A stretch of DNA of 63,980 nt, counting the filler. It is 5 parts of 5 records of this genome, joined end to end, with 100 filler letters (N's around TTAATTAATTAA, not from the genome) between each part and the next. Parts side by side here need not be neighbours in the genome. Positions count along the whole stretch, not along the records: positions 50,294 to 60,779 come from SRR20825010_3337; positions 60,880 to 63,980 come from SRR20825010_3532; 3 more parts are not named here. One strand, 5' to 3'. The position numbers were made by a program, and so were the translations under genes. The notes beneath the pieces are model-generated. The model worked only from the letters and a program-made list of their open reading frames with translations. It did no database searches and was not told the DNA's origin. This document shows positions 52,701 through 63,842 of this stretch, in pieces. Numbering within the stretch: the stretch's first letter is position 1; each line of letters starts with the position of its first letter.

Positions 52701-53474
52701 GTGGAATTAGGCGTTCTACTGGCTATCGCCATTGGCGTCATGCTGATCCTGGCCCAACAGAAACGGGCCGGCGGCGGAGCGTCTACCTTCGGCTATCGCC
52801 GCAAACCCTATCTGCTTTCCAAAGCCGAACGCTCCTTCTACGGCGTGCTTGCTCAAGCCGTGGGCGACAAGGCCCTCATCTTCTCCAAAGTCCGCGTGGC
52901 GGATGTGCTTGCTCCCCAGAAAGGCCTCAACCGGTCCGGCTGGCAACAAGCCTTCAACCAGATTTCCGCCAAGCACGCCGATTTCCTCCTCTGCGACCCA
53001 CAAGACTGCGCCGTAAAACTGGCTATTGAGTTGGACGATGCCAGCCATGGTTCAGCCAAACGACAGAAGCGCGATGCCTTTCTGGAACAAGCCTGTGAGT
53101 CGTCTGGGTTGCCTCTGATGAGGATCAGGGCGGCCAGAGGATATGGGGTGGCAGATATTCGTCAGCAGGTTGAAACGGTGCTTTTTCCTGTGCAGTGCGA
53201 CTCGTCCTTAGAGAAACCAGAACAGCTTGAAGGGCAGGGCGTTGAAGTAACAGTCAGTGAGCAGGAAATGGCAGATAGCCAGACCGAGGGACAAGCAGGT
53301 AAGCCGATAGAGGCTCCCGTTAGTGTCGAAGTCGCTGCTCAACCCGTTACGCCTGCTTGTCATCAGTGTGGTGAGGTGATGGTGCTGCGCAAAGCTCGCT
53401 CGGGGAAGAATGCAGGGCAGCAGTTTTGGGGGTGTTGTGCATTTCCTAAGTGTCGGGGAGCGGTGAAGTGTTGA
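52701..53474 (+). CDS. DUF2726 protein with N-terminal TM anchor and C-terminal topoisomerase-type C4 zinc ribbon
   Basis: LLSKAERSF, KVRVADV, KHADFLLCD, AIELDD..H; CHQCGEVMVLR...FWGCCAFPKCR. Confidence 0.88.
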   Translation: MELGVLLAIAIGVMLILAQQKRAGGGASTFGYRRKPYLLSKAERSFYGVLAQAVGDKALIFSKVRVADVLAPQKGLNRSGWQQAFNQISAKHADFLLCDPQDCAVKLAIELDDASHGSAKRQKRDAFLEQACESSGLPLMRIRAARGYGVADIRQQVETVLFPVQCDSSLEKPEQLEGQGVEVTVSEQEMADSQTEGQAGKPIEAPVSVEVAAQPVTPACHQCGEVMVLRKARSGKNAGQQFWGCCAFPKCRGAVKC

Positions 53475-53482
53475 GTCGTAGG

Positions 53483-55799
53483 CGCACGGGGCAAGACCTG
53501 ACCCCAATGTTAAATGGGAAATGGGAGACCTGACACCAATGCATTTCCAGGTTCACCGTTTCCCATATCGGATGCAAGATATATTGTATGCTTTAGGTCG
53601 CTCTGTACTTGTTAATGTCGGTAAAGTCCTCTCCAGTATTAAGGTTGCAGATACCATAATTTAAGGGATCAAAAATGTTTGATAATTTCGACCCACTAAA
53701 GTTTGATCACAATCAACCAGTTGATGAAAGCACGCTCACGAAAAGATATAAGAGAAGTATTCATTCTATCCTTCACTCATATGTTGGGTGGTACGACCCA
53801 TTCGCTGAACTAATACAAAACGCTTTGGATTCAGTAGAAAAGCGCTCTAAACAGTCAGATCATGACAAAGTTGTTAGGGTAATTATCGACGAAAAAAATC
53901 TTCAGCTGACTGTGTCTGATAACGGAACCGGTCTTGATAAATCCTCATTTGAGAAATTCTTAGCCCCGCACGAGTCTTTTAAAGAGGCTGGAGAAAGGGG
54001 AAGCAAAGGTGTTGGTGCGACATATTTAGCATACGGGTTCAACTACATAAGAATTGACACTAAAACGAAACATTTTTCCGCATGCGGCGAAATGGAAGGC
54101 GCACGTAACTGGCTTCACGAGGAGAACACCAGCTCGAACCCCCAGGTTTTTCCCACAAAAAACGAACATGTCGACGCTGAATTCTCGAATTTTGATCACG
54201 GCGTTTCAATAACGGTCCGATTCGATAAGTCCACAAAACCGTACAAGCTATCCTGGCCAGGTTTAAAAAATGCATACTCTTGGTATGTAGCATTAGCCGT
54301 AAAGACGGCTATCGGTTCAGTATCTTGGCCAAGTGATGTTGATATCACGGTCGTACATATCGACGGAAGCGGCAGTCGAACTCAACACAAAAGTTCAAGA
54401 ACCGGTTATATGCTTCCTCATGAACATTTCGATAAAAAAGCAGAGTATGCTAAAACTATTGAATTGATAGAGGGGAATGTAAAGAAAAAAGGTGCGGCTG
54501 CGAAACTTCCCGCAAACATACGAAATTTGGATGCGGTTTTCTTTTCCTGGAGCAGTGAGGAAATAATTAAAAATGTTGAAAGTCTGACTGATTCAGAGAT
54601 AGAAGACATAAAGCACTATCAGATTAAGGTTTTGGGCTCATTTATGTCAGGCGCAAAAGCTTGGCGAAGGATAGCTGAAAATAAATTAGGGTATAGGCCG
54701 AACGCCAACATTTACTCTCCCGGAATTCAAATGGCGGCTGACAATATGCCTCAAGGCGAAATGATTCAGATCCCATTGGATAGATATATTGGCCGGCAAA
54801 ATCAAGTCCATATCGTCGTTCATTTTAACAACTGCGTGGTAGATCTTGGGCGTAAGGGGTTTGATCGTGATCTTGTTGAAACAGCCAAGTCAATATCAAA
54901 AAAAATTGTTGAGAAAAACTTCACTAAAATAAGAGACTGTCTTAGAAATGAAGATGTTAAGAAGAAGAATGTTCTCCAGGGAGACAAGGTAGATAGCTGG
55001 AAAAAGGCACTTGAAAGTCACGAAGAAGAGTCTCCGCTATCGTTGACGAATGAAAACTTCTTTATTCCTGTAAACGAGATTTCAATCTCCTCAGAACCAT
55101 CAAGAGAGCAAGATGTAATCGCACTTTTTAATCAATTAGTGGCAGGCGGAGTCATACGTGGTTTAAAGGTTGTGGGCACAAATGAAATGAGCACTTACGA
55201 TGGGGCATATAGAATCCGAATAGGACCTAACTTTACGGATCACGTATTTAATGCCGAGAAAAATCCGCTTGGCATATCCGACGAAATGGCAGGAGATTAT
55301 GAGGAGGAAGAGCCAGAAGGATTTGTCTCTTCAAAACTTTATGTTCTTGAGTATAAATTCTCACTCGACGGGCTTATCAGCGATATCACGACGGGTGATA
55401 AGAAAGCTGCCGATATTGATCTTGTAGTAGCCTGGGAGCCAGGCGCTGACTATCGAAAATTTTTTACGATTACCTCATTGCTAGAGCCTCAGGGTTCTGA
55501 AGACAGGCATTTTCATGGAGTGACCCATGTTTTACTAGATGAACATGGAAACCATGTCATGGATATGATTTTACTCCGAGACCTAATAGGGCACCTAAAC
55601 AATCCTTCGGAGGAGGCTGAAAGACAAGCTGAATACGACGATGACTGATCAAAAGCGAAGAGGGTGTTCAAAACTCTGTGTCACAGCCAGCAGCCTCACA
55701 GGCTGATGTATTCGCAGCACACACAACAGGACACCCATCAATTAGCACGGGCTCGGGGTCAAGCAAGAGGGGGCTCGGGGTCAGGTCTTGCCCCGTGCG
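53483..55799. mobile_element. Putative non-autonomous cassette bounded by 23-bp inverted repeats
   Basis: CGCACGGGGCAAGACCTGACCCC (53483-53505) and its exact reverse complement (55777-55799) bracket one AT-rich gene; no transposase inside. Confidence 0.65.
53675..55648 (+). CDS. GHKL (MORC/HATPase_c) ATPase with putative C-terminal PD-(D/E)XK-like nuclease
   Basis: ELIQNALDS, VSDNGTG, GSKGVG, GVSITV; C-terminal EQDVIALF...YDG...LEYK...DLVVAWE; AT-rich relative to flanks. Confidence 0.8.
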   Translation: MFDNFDPLKFDHNQPVDESTLTKRYKRSIHSILHSYVGWYDPFAELIQNALDSVEKRSKQSDHDKVVRVIIDEKNLQLTVSDNGTGLDKSSFEKFLAPHESFKEAGERGSKGVGATYLAYGFNYIRIDTKTKHFSACGEMEGARNWLHEENTSSNPQVFPTKNEHVDAEFSNFDHGVSITVRFDKSTKPYKLSWPGLKNAYSWYVALAVKTAIGSVSWPSDVDITVVHIDGSGSRTQHKSSRTGYMLPHEHFDKKAEYAKTIELIEGNVKKKGAAAKLPANIRNLDAVFFSWSSEEIIKNVESLTDSEIEDIKHYQIKVLGSFMSGAKAWRRIAENKLGYRPNANIYSPGIQMAADNMPQGEMIQIPLDRYIGRQNQVHIVVHFNNCVVDLGRKGFDRDLVETAKSISKKIVEKNFTKIRDCLRNEDVKKKNVLQGDKVDSWKKALESHEEESPLSLTNENFFIPVNEISISSEPSREQDVIALFNQLVAGGVIRGLKVVGTNEMSTYDGAYRIRIGPNFTDHVFNAEKNPLGISDEMAGDYEEEEPEGFVSSKLYVLEYKFSLDGLISDITTGDKKAADIDLVVAWEPGADYRKFFTITSLLEPQGSEDRHFHGVTHVLLDEHGNHVMDMILLRDLIGHLNNPSEEAERQAEYDDD

Positions 55800-55908
55800 T
55801 CAACCCGTTACCAGAGGGGCCAGAAAATCTATCATTCCGCCGACGGTGAACAGAAATACCGGTTCCCCGTTGCTCAAATACACCCTGATCCAGTTGTGAA
55901 CTATCGCT

Positions 55909-56562
55909 ATGACGGCCTCTCTTGATTGTTTGTATTCCTTTCGCCGTTGTCCCTATGCCATGCGGGCTCGGCTGGGGGTTCTGTTCGCGGGTTTGCAGGT
56001 TGAGCTGCGGGAGGTGATCCTGAAAAACAAGCCCGCGCAGATGCTGGCGATAAGCCCTAAAGGCACCGTGCCGGTTTTGCAGCTTGCTGATGGTGCTGTG
56101 ATTGAAGAAAGCCGGGACATCATGGTGTGGGCGCTGGAGCAGCAGGATCCACAAGGGCTGTTAGACCCAACGGTCCGGGATCAAGGGAATGCGCTGATTG
56201 AGCAAAATGATAATGAGTTCAAGCATTGGCTGGATCGCTATAAGTACGCCGACCGCCATGTCGAGATGACTCAGGCAGAGTATCGGCAACGGGGGGAGGC
56301 TTTTCTTCAGGTTCTGGAGTCGTTGCTGGAGAGAAATGCTTACCTGCTTGGGGATAATCCGAGCATCGCGGATATTGGTATTATGCCCTTTGTCCGCCAA
56401 TTCGCCCATGTGGATCGCGATGTGTTTAGCCAGCTGCCTTACCCGAATCTGCAGCGGTGGTTACAGGGCTGGTTGGCGCACCCGCTCTTTCTGCAAACCA
56501 TGATCAAGGTGCCGGTATGGCAGGAGGGCGATGAGGTGGTGGTTTTTCCAGCTCGGCCCTGA
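55909..56562 (+). CDS. Glutathione S-transferase
   Basis: YSFRRCPYAMRAR, SPKGTVPVL, EESRDI, LDRYKY, PFVRQFA. Confidence 0.92.
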   Translation: MTASLDCLYSFRRCPYAMRARLGVLFAGLQVELREVILKNKPAQMLAISPKGTVPVLQLADGAVIEESRDIMVWALEQQDPQGLLDPTVRDQGNALIEQNDNEFKHWLDRYKYADRHVEMTQAEYRQRGEAFLQVLESLLERNAYLLGDNPSIADIGIMPFVRQFAHVDRDVFSQLPYPNLQRWLQGWLAHPLFLQTMIKVPVWQEGDEVVVFPARP

Positions 56563-56711
56563 GTGATGCCCGGGACTGAGCCGGTCTCGCCCCATGCGTT
56601 AACCCGCTCGCAAAGGGCGCTACAACCGGCCTGCTTTCCCGACCGTACGCTATCAATACCCATGGACAGATCAGGTATACTCGCGGCTTTTATCTCGTTG
56701 GGTGATGTTTC

Positions 56712-57563
56712 ATGCAGGCCTCGTCTTCTTCCGTTCCCTCTTATGGCTGGCGCCAGCGTCTGACCGTTTGGCTTGAGTCCTCGTTATTCGCGAACAGCAT
56801 TACCGGGCTGATTCTCTTGAACGCCATTATCCTCGGGGTGGAAACCTCCGCGGTGGCTCAGGAGCGGGCAGGGCAGTGGCTCACCCTGGTGAATCAGGTG
56901 ATTCTGGTGGCGTTTACGGCGGAGATCGCGCTCAAGCTGGTGGCTTTTGGCCCGCGTTTTTTCCGCTCCGGCTGGAATGTGTTTGATTTCCTGATCGTCG
57001 CCATTTCCCTGGCGCCCGCTTCCGGGCCACTGGCTATCTTGCGAAGTCTGCGCATCCTGCGGGTGCTGCGCCTGCTGTCATCGGTGAAGCGGCTGCGCAT
57101 GTTGGTGGAATCCCTGATGCAGGCGTTGCCCGGCATCGGCTGGACGGCGGCGTTGTTGCTGATGATGTTCTACATCTTTGCGGTGATGGGCACGGAGCTG
57201 TTCGGTGAGGCGTTTCCGCAGTGGTTCGGCACTCTGGGGGCCAGCATTTATAGCCTGTTCCAGATCATGACCCTGGAAAGCTGGTCCATGGGGATTGCCC
57301 GGCCGGTGATGGAGGTGTATCCCATGGCCTGGATCTTCTTTGTGCCCTTCATTTTGATTTCCAGCTTTATGGTGCTGAACCTGTTTATTGCCATCATTGT
57401 GAGCGCGACCCAGGAAGTGCACGAAAGCGAGCAGCGCGCCGAGCGGGAAGCCAACAATCTGATTGCCCACGACGAGCGCCAGGAAATGCTGGACCTGATG
57501 CGCACCATGCACGCAAAAATCGTGGCACTGGAAGCGGCCCAGCAGAACAAGGCCGATTCATAA
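56712..57563 (+). CDS. Bacterial voltage-gated sodium channel (BacNav)
   Basis: S4 RSLRILRVLRL, selectivity filter TLESWSMG, S6 LNLFIAII, C-terminal coiled coil. Confidence 0.92.
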   Translation: MQASSSSVPSYGWRQRLTVWLESSLFANSITGLILLNAIILGVETSAVAQERAGQWLTLVNQVILVAFTAEIALKLVAFGPRFFRSGWNVFDFLIVAISLAPASGPLAILRSLRILRVLRLLSSVKRLRMLVESLMQALPGIGWTAALLLMMFYIFAVMGTELFGEAFPQWFGTLGASIYSLFQIMTLESWSMGIARPVMEVYPMAWIFFVPFILISSFMVLNLFIAIIVSATQEVHESEQRAEREANNLIAHDERQEMLDLMRTMHAKIVALEAAQQNKADS

Positions 57564-57694
57564 AGCCGCCTGTGGCGGCGCCAAGGCCGCCACTGAGTGC
57601 CAGGCCGATCTGCACCATATAGCTACCTGGTCGAATCTCCCGCCCCGTTGCCTCATTGATTCCGGCTTGGCTTGCTAGCTCGTCTGCGCTTCCT

Positions 57695-58408
57695 TTACCG
57701 CATTCCAGCATCCTGAAAAGGTGATGACGAGGTAATGTTCGAAGCATTGAGCTGTTCCACAATCTTCTTGAGCTTGTGGCGCTGTCTCATGGAGGTGAGC
57801 TGTTTGGTGTCCCAGGAGGCGGGGCTGAGAGAGAATTCGCTGGCGTTGTAGGCCAGATCGAAGCCGCGCTCGGCGCCGATGGGTTTGTTCTCGGGGCCAT
57901 AGATGCCGATGAGCCGCAGGGTGAGGTGGGTGAACTCGAGATCGCCTTCGGGCCTGTGCCCGTCCATCTTGATGCCCTCACAGCGGGCGATGCGCTCAAC
58001 CAATTCCTTGAACGTGCCGATATGAGAGAAACCGCCCGGCTTAATCGGGCCCTGGCGTGTGTTCTCCGACACATTCACTGTGCCTGAAGCGAGATTGTGT
58101 CTTTCCGGGTTTTCGTCGCCCTTGTTGTACTCCTGTTCGAAATCCGTCACATCCATGGTGATGGTGCCCTGCGAGGTATGGAGTTCGGCGATGATGTATT
58201 GCACGAAAACGGATTCAGCGCTCATGTTGCTGATCAGGCAGAGCGCATTGATGTCCTTGTTGCGCCCACGGTTAATGATCAGGCGCGGGCTGCGTTGCCG
58301 GCGAAAACCCAAATAGAGCAGTTGCGCGTAAACGATCCAGATAACCAGTGAGCTGAAACTGGCGACGACAGAAAGGATTTTTTGATGCTGTGCAATCCAG
58401 TCAAGCAT
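57695..58408 (-). CDS. Hypothetical membrane-anchored protein
   Basis: AAGGAGG upstream, single N-terminal TM followed by RRQR and a soluble domain. Confidence 0.7.
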   Translation of the reverse strand: MLDWIAQHQKILSVVASFSSLVIWIVYAQLLYLGFRRQRSPRLIINRGRNKDINALCLISNMSAESVFVQYIIAELHTSQGTITMDVTDFEQEYNKGDENPERHNLASGTVNVSENTRQGPIKPGGFSHIGTFKELVERIARCEGIKMDGHRPEGDLEFTHLTLRLIGIYGPENKPIGAERGFDLAYNASEFSLSPASWDTKQLTSMRQRHKLKKIVEQLNASNITSSSPFQDAGMR

Positions 58409-58639
58409 GAAGGCTTCCTCCTTGATGCAGGCTGATCGCGCGTTGCCGTCTTGCCCTCTGGAGTGGAGAAAGCAGCGCTCACGCGGCGGTGAGTACGCGA
58501 CTTGAATGACGCTCTGTTATCGGCGGCGCTTCAGCCTGTTCTGGTGACAGAACCGTTACTGTACCGAAGGCACGGTGGGGGAGACGAGGGGCAGAGAGGC
58601 CCGGTTATGCAGAACAGGCCAGTCTGGTGTTAAAAAAAG

Positions 58640-58670
58640 AAAAACCCCGGCGGGTAAGCCGGGGTTTTTT
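58640..58670. terminator. Intrinsic terminator downstream of fadA (bidirectional layout)
   Basis: AAAAACCCCGGC-loop-GCCGGGGTTTTTT. Confidence 0.85.
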
Positions 58671-58782
58671 GTTTCCAGTCCTGCCCTTGTGAGGCGGGCC
58701 GGAAATAGGGTGCCGGGCCTGAGCGCCGGAGCACGTCCGGCGTCAGGCTTTGGGCATCAGGCGTTTATCAAACCCGTTCGGT

Positions 58783-60779
<1,997 letters not shown>

Positions 60780-60879
60780 NNNNNNNNNNNNNNNNNNNNN
60801 NNNNNNNNNNNNNNNNNNNNNNNTTAATTAATTAANNNNNNNNNNNNNNNNNNNNNNNNNNNNNNNNNNNNNNNNNNNN
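60780..60879. other. Artificial contig linker
   Basis: N-run + TTAATTAATTAA + N-run. Confidence 0.99.
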
Positions 60880-61781
60880 GCACTCAGGTGCTTGATGATT
60901 ATCCGCTGGAAAAACTGGTGGATTATATCGACTGGACGCCGTTCTTCATCAGCTGGAATCTGGTTGGAAAGTATCCCCGTATCCTGGAAGATGAGGTCGT
61001 TGGTGAAGCCGCCCGTGATCTGTTTGAAAACGGGCAGGCAATGCTGAAGAAGATCATCGACGAGAAGTTACTCAAGGCGCGTGCCGTGATCGGTTTCTGG
61101 CCTGCCAACCGCGTGCAGGGGGATGACATTGAAGTGTATGCTGATGAAGATCGCGGCGAAGTCATTGCGAATCTGCATCATATCCGCCAGCAGGTACGTA
61201 AGCGTGGACAGGAAGAGAAACCGCTGATGTCGCTGGCGGATTTCATTGCACCGAAAGAAAGTGGTCAACAGGACTATATTGGTGGTTTCGTGGTGACTGC
61301 GGGGATCGGTGCTGAGGAACTGGCGAAGTCATATGAAGCAGAGCATGACGACTACAACAGCATTATGGTCAAAGCGCTGGCGGATCGACTGGCAGAAGCC
61401 TTTGCCGAACATCTGCATGCACGTGTCCGCAGAGAATTCTGGGGATATGCGTCTGATGAAACCCTGAGCAATGATGCATTGATTAAGGAAGAGTACCAGG
61501 GCATTCGTCCGGCTCCCGGCTATCCTGCGTGTCCCGATCATACAGAGAAGGCAACCCTGTTCCAAATGTTGAATGCGGAAGCAGAGATTGGGGTGAATCT
61601 GACCGAACATTTCGCGATGTACCCGACTGCGGCGGTGTCCGGCTGGTATTTTTCTGCCCCCGAATCCCGCTATTTCCACACGGGAAAAATTGACCGGGAT
61701 CAGCTGGAATCTCTGGCAGAGCGGAAAAACATGAGTCTGGAAGACATGGAACGCTGGTTACGACCCGTACTCATGGACTAG
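60880..61781 (+). CDS. metH: B12-dependent methionine synthase, activation domain (5' truncated)
   Basis: [45 protein letters not shown]. Confidence 0.95.
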
Positions 61782-61880
61782 ACTGTGTCTGGTTTTAATG
61801 TAGCGTCTCCAAGGCCATTTGGACCGAGTCTCATAGATTGAGAGACGATAAGGTTAAGTGTGACGCGTTCCAGGATACAG

Positions 61881-61924
61881 AAACAGACAGAGCCTTCTGC
61901 GATGCGGAAGGCTCTGTCTGTTTT
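61881..61924. terminator. Bidirectional terminator between convergent metH and the S1 gene
   Basis: AAACAGACAGAGCCTTCTGC-GAT-GCGGAAGGCTCTGTCTGTTTT, 20-bp stem with one G-U pair. Confidence 0.85.
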
Positions 61925-61945
61925 ATGTGCTGTTGAAGAGATGAT

Positions 61946-63661
61946 TTATTTGTAATCCTTGGGATTACCGAACAGACCGCCGCTTCCACCACCGGCTGAT
62001 TCATCCGCGTTGCCACCCAAAAGTGGTCCCTTGCGTTTGCGTTCGTAAGAAGGCTGCTCTTCGACCGGTGCTTCGGCAGCCTCTGGTTTGTCGATCAACG
62101 CTTTAATTGACAGACTGATCCGCTTCCGGTTGGGATCCACTTCCAGAACTTTTGCAGAAGTCTCCTGACCGTTTGTCAGTACTTCCGTCACCCGCTTCAC
62201 GCGGCGATGATCCAGTTCGCTGATATGAATCAAGCCTTCCAAGCCTGGCTCCAGCTCGATGAAAGCACCAAAGTCTGTCGTACGGGTTACCTTGCCGGAG
62301 ACAGTCGATCCGGTGACATAACGGTCTTCGGCTGACTGCCAGGGATCCTGCTGCAGCTGCTTCATTCCCAGACTGATGCGATTCTTTTCTTTGTCGATCT
62401 TCAGAATTTTTACATTGATCTGCTGTTGTTCGCTCAAGGCATCTTTGGGATGCTTGATCCGGTTCCAGCTGATCTCGCCAATGTGCAGGAAGCCATCAAT
62501 GCCCCCCAGGTCCACGAAGGCACCGTAATCTTTGATGTTCTTCACGGTCCCGGTATGTTCCTGACCGATAGCCAGTTTTTCCCACAGCTCTTTCTGGATT
62601 TCTTCGCGTTCTGATTCGAGATACTTGCGACGACTCACAACCAGGTTGCGTTTCTTGGGATTTACTTCCGTAATCTGAACCGTCAGTTTCTGACCTACGA
62701 AAGGTTCGAGATCACCCACAAAATACAGGTCGACCTGGCTGGCGGGCAGAAAACCTCTCAGGCTTCCCACACTGACTTCCAGTCCCCCCTTATTCGATTT
62801 ATTGACGACACATTCGACAACCTGACCGGCAGAGACGGCATCCCAGTCACCAGCGGGTTTGTGATGACCACGGGGCAGCGAAAGCTGAATCAAGCCTTCC
62901 GCTTCTTTAACGCTGGTCACTTTCACATCCACTTCCTGTCCGATGACAGGTGTTTTGTCACCAAACTGTCGCAGGGGAACAATTCCGGGTACCCCCATTG
63001 CTTTGGTACCAAGATCGATGAAGACATCGTCATTGTTGATTGATTCCACAACCCCTTTCAACCGATCGCCTTCGCCAATCCCTTCTTCTGCTGCGCCTGA
63101 TTTTGCGGCTGGAGTCGTCGGAGCAGCTGCATCTTCTGATTTCACTTCGGCGGCGACTTCTTCATCACTCAGCGTTTTGGCAAGTTCCTGTGCTCCCTGA
63201 CCTGACAGTGCAGCTGCGAGTTCTGCTTCCAGATCACCATCCAGATCATCCACTGCTGGAGGAATATCGACAGGTACGGCTGCTTCTGCAATCTGCATCA
63301 TCGCGGCTTCCTGAAGCTGTTCCTGTGTGGGTTCAACAGCTGGTTCTGCATCGCCACCTTCTTTGGAAGCAGGAGCAACACTCGAACCTTTTGCTGGAAT
63401 AGCTTTGAACTGTGCCGGATCCACTTTAGGCTTCAACTGGACTTTGCGTTCCGCTTTATCCGCTTCCTGTGAGGCGGCAGCCTCTGGTTCCACAGGTGTT
63501 TCGGCCTGCGGAGTTTCAGCGGGAGCTGAAGAGGTTGCCTCAGTCACGCCGGCATCGGACTCCTGTGGAGTCTCCGGCTGTTCCTGATCGGCTGGTGATT
63601 TTGCTTCCAAAGCTTCTTCACTCGTATTGACTTCTTCAGTAGATGGTCGTTCTGAACTCAT
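61946..63661 (-). CDS. Ribosomal protein S1-like protein with four S1 domains and long acidic N-terminus
   Basis: NKGGLEV..GFLPASQV, YGAFVDLGGIDGFLHIGEISW, FGAFIELEPGLEGLIHISEL, RISLSIK. Confidence 0.88.
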   Translation of the reverse strand: MSSERPSTEEVNTSEEALEAKSPADQEQPETPQESDAGVTEATSSAPAETPQAETPVEPEAAASQEADKAERKVQLKPKVDPAQFKAIPAKGSSVAPASKEGGDAEPAVEPTQEQLQEAAMMQIAEAAVPVDIPPAVDDLDGDLEAELAAALSGQGAQELAKTLSDEEVAAEVKSEDAAAPTTPAAKSGAAEEGIGEGDRLKGVVESINNDDVFIDLGTKAMGVPGIVPLRQFGDKTPVIGQEVDVKVTSVKEAEGLIQLSLPRGHHKPAGDWDAVSAGQVVECVVNKSNKGGLEVSVGSLRGFLPASQVDLYFVGDLEPFVGQKLTVQITEVNPKKRNLVVSRRKYLESEREEIQKELWEKLAIGQEHTGTVKNIKDYGAFVDLGGIDGFLHIGEISWNRIKHPKDALSEQQQINVKILKIDKEKNRISLGMKQLQQDPWQSAEDRYVTGSTVSGKVTRTTDFGAFIELEPGLEGLIHISELDHRRVKRVTEVLTNGQETSAKVLEVDPNRKRISLSIKALIDKPEAAEAPVEEQPSYERKRKGPLLGGNADESAGGGSGGLFGNPKDYK

Positions 63662-63842
63662 GGGAGATGAACTTTCTCGCCTAATTACTTACTTCAAGAT
63701 ACAGGAATGTTTCACAGGCTCGTCAGGCCAGCCGCAGACAGACATCCACCCGACTGCAGTAACTTCTTCAATACAGGCTCAAAAACCTGCCGGACTAATT
63801 AAAAGAGTATCACCGCTGCAGCAGACCTGCAATTCGCAGGGC

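Noticed and set aside
53483-55799. Classical IS element or integron attC cassette
   Set aside because: No transposase or integrase, no target-site duplication and no clear RYYYAAC...GTTRRRY attC were found, so it is reported as a distinct cassette type.
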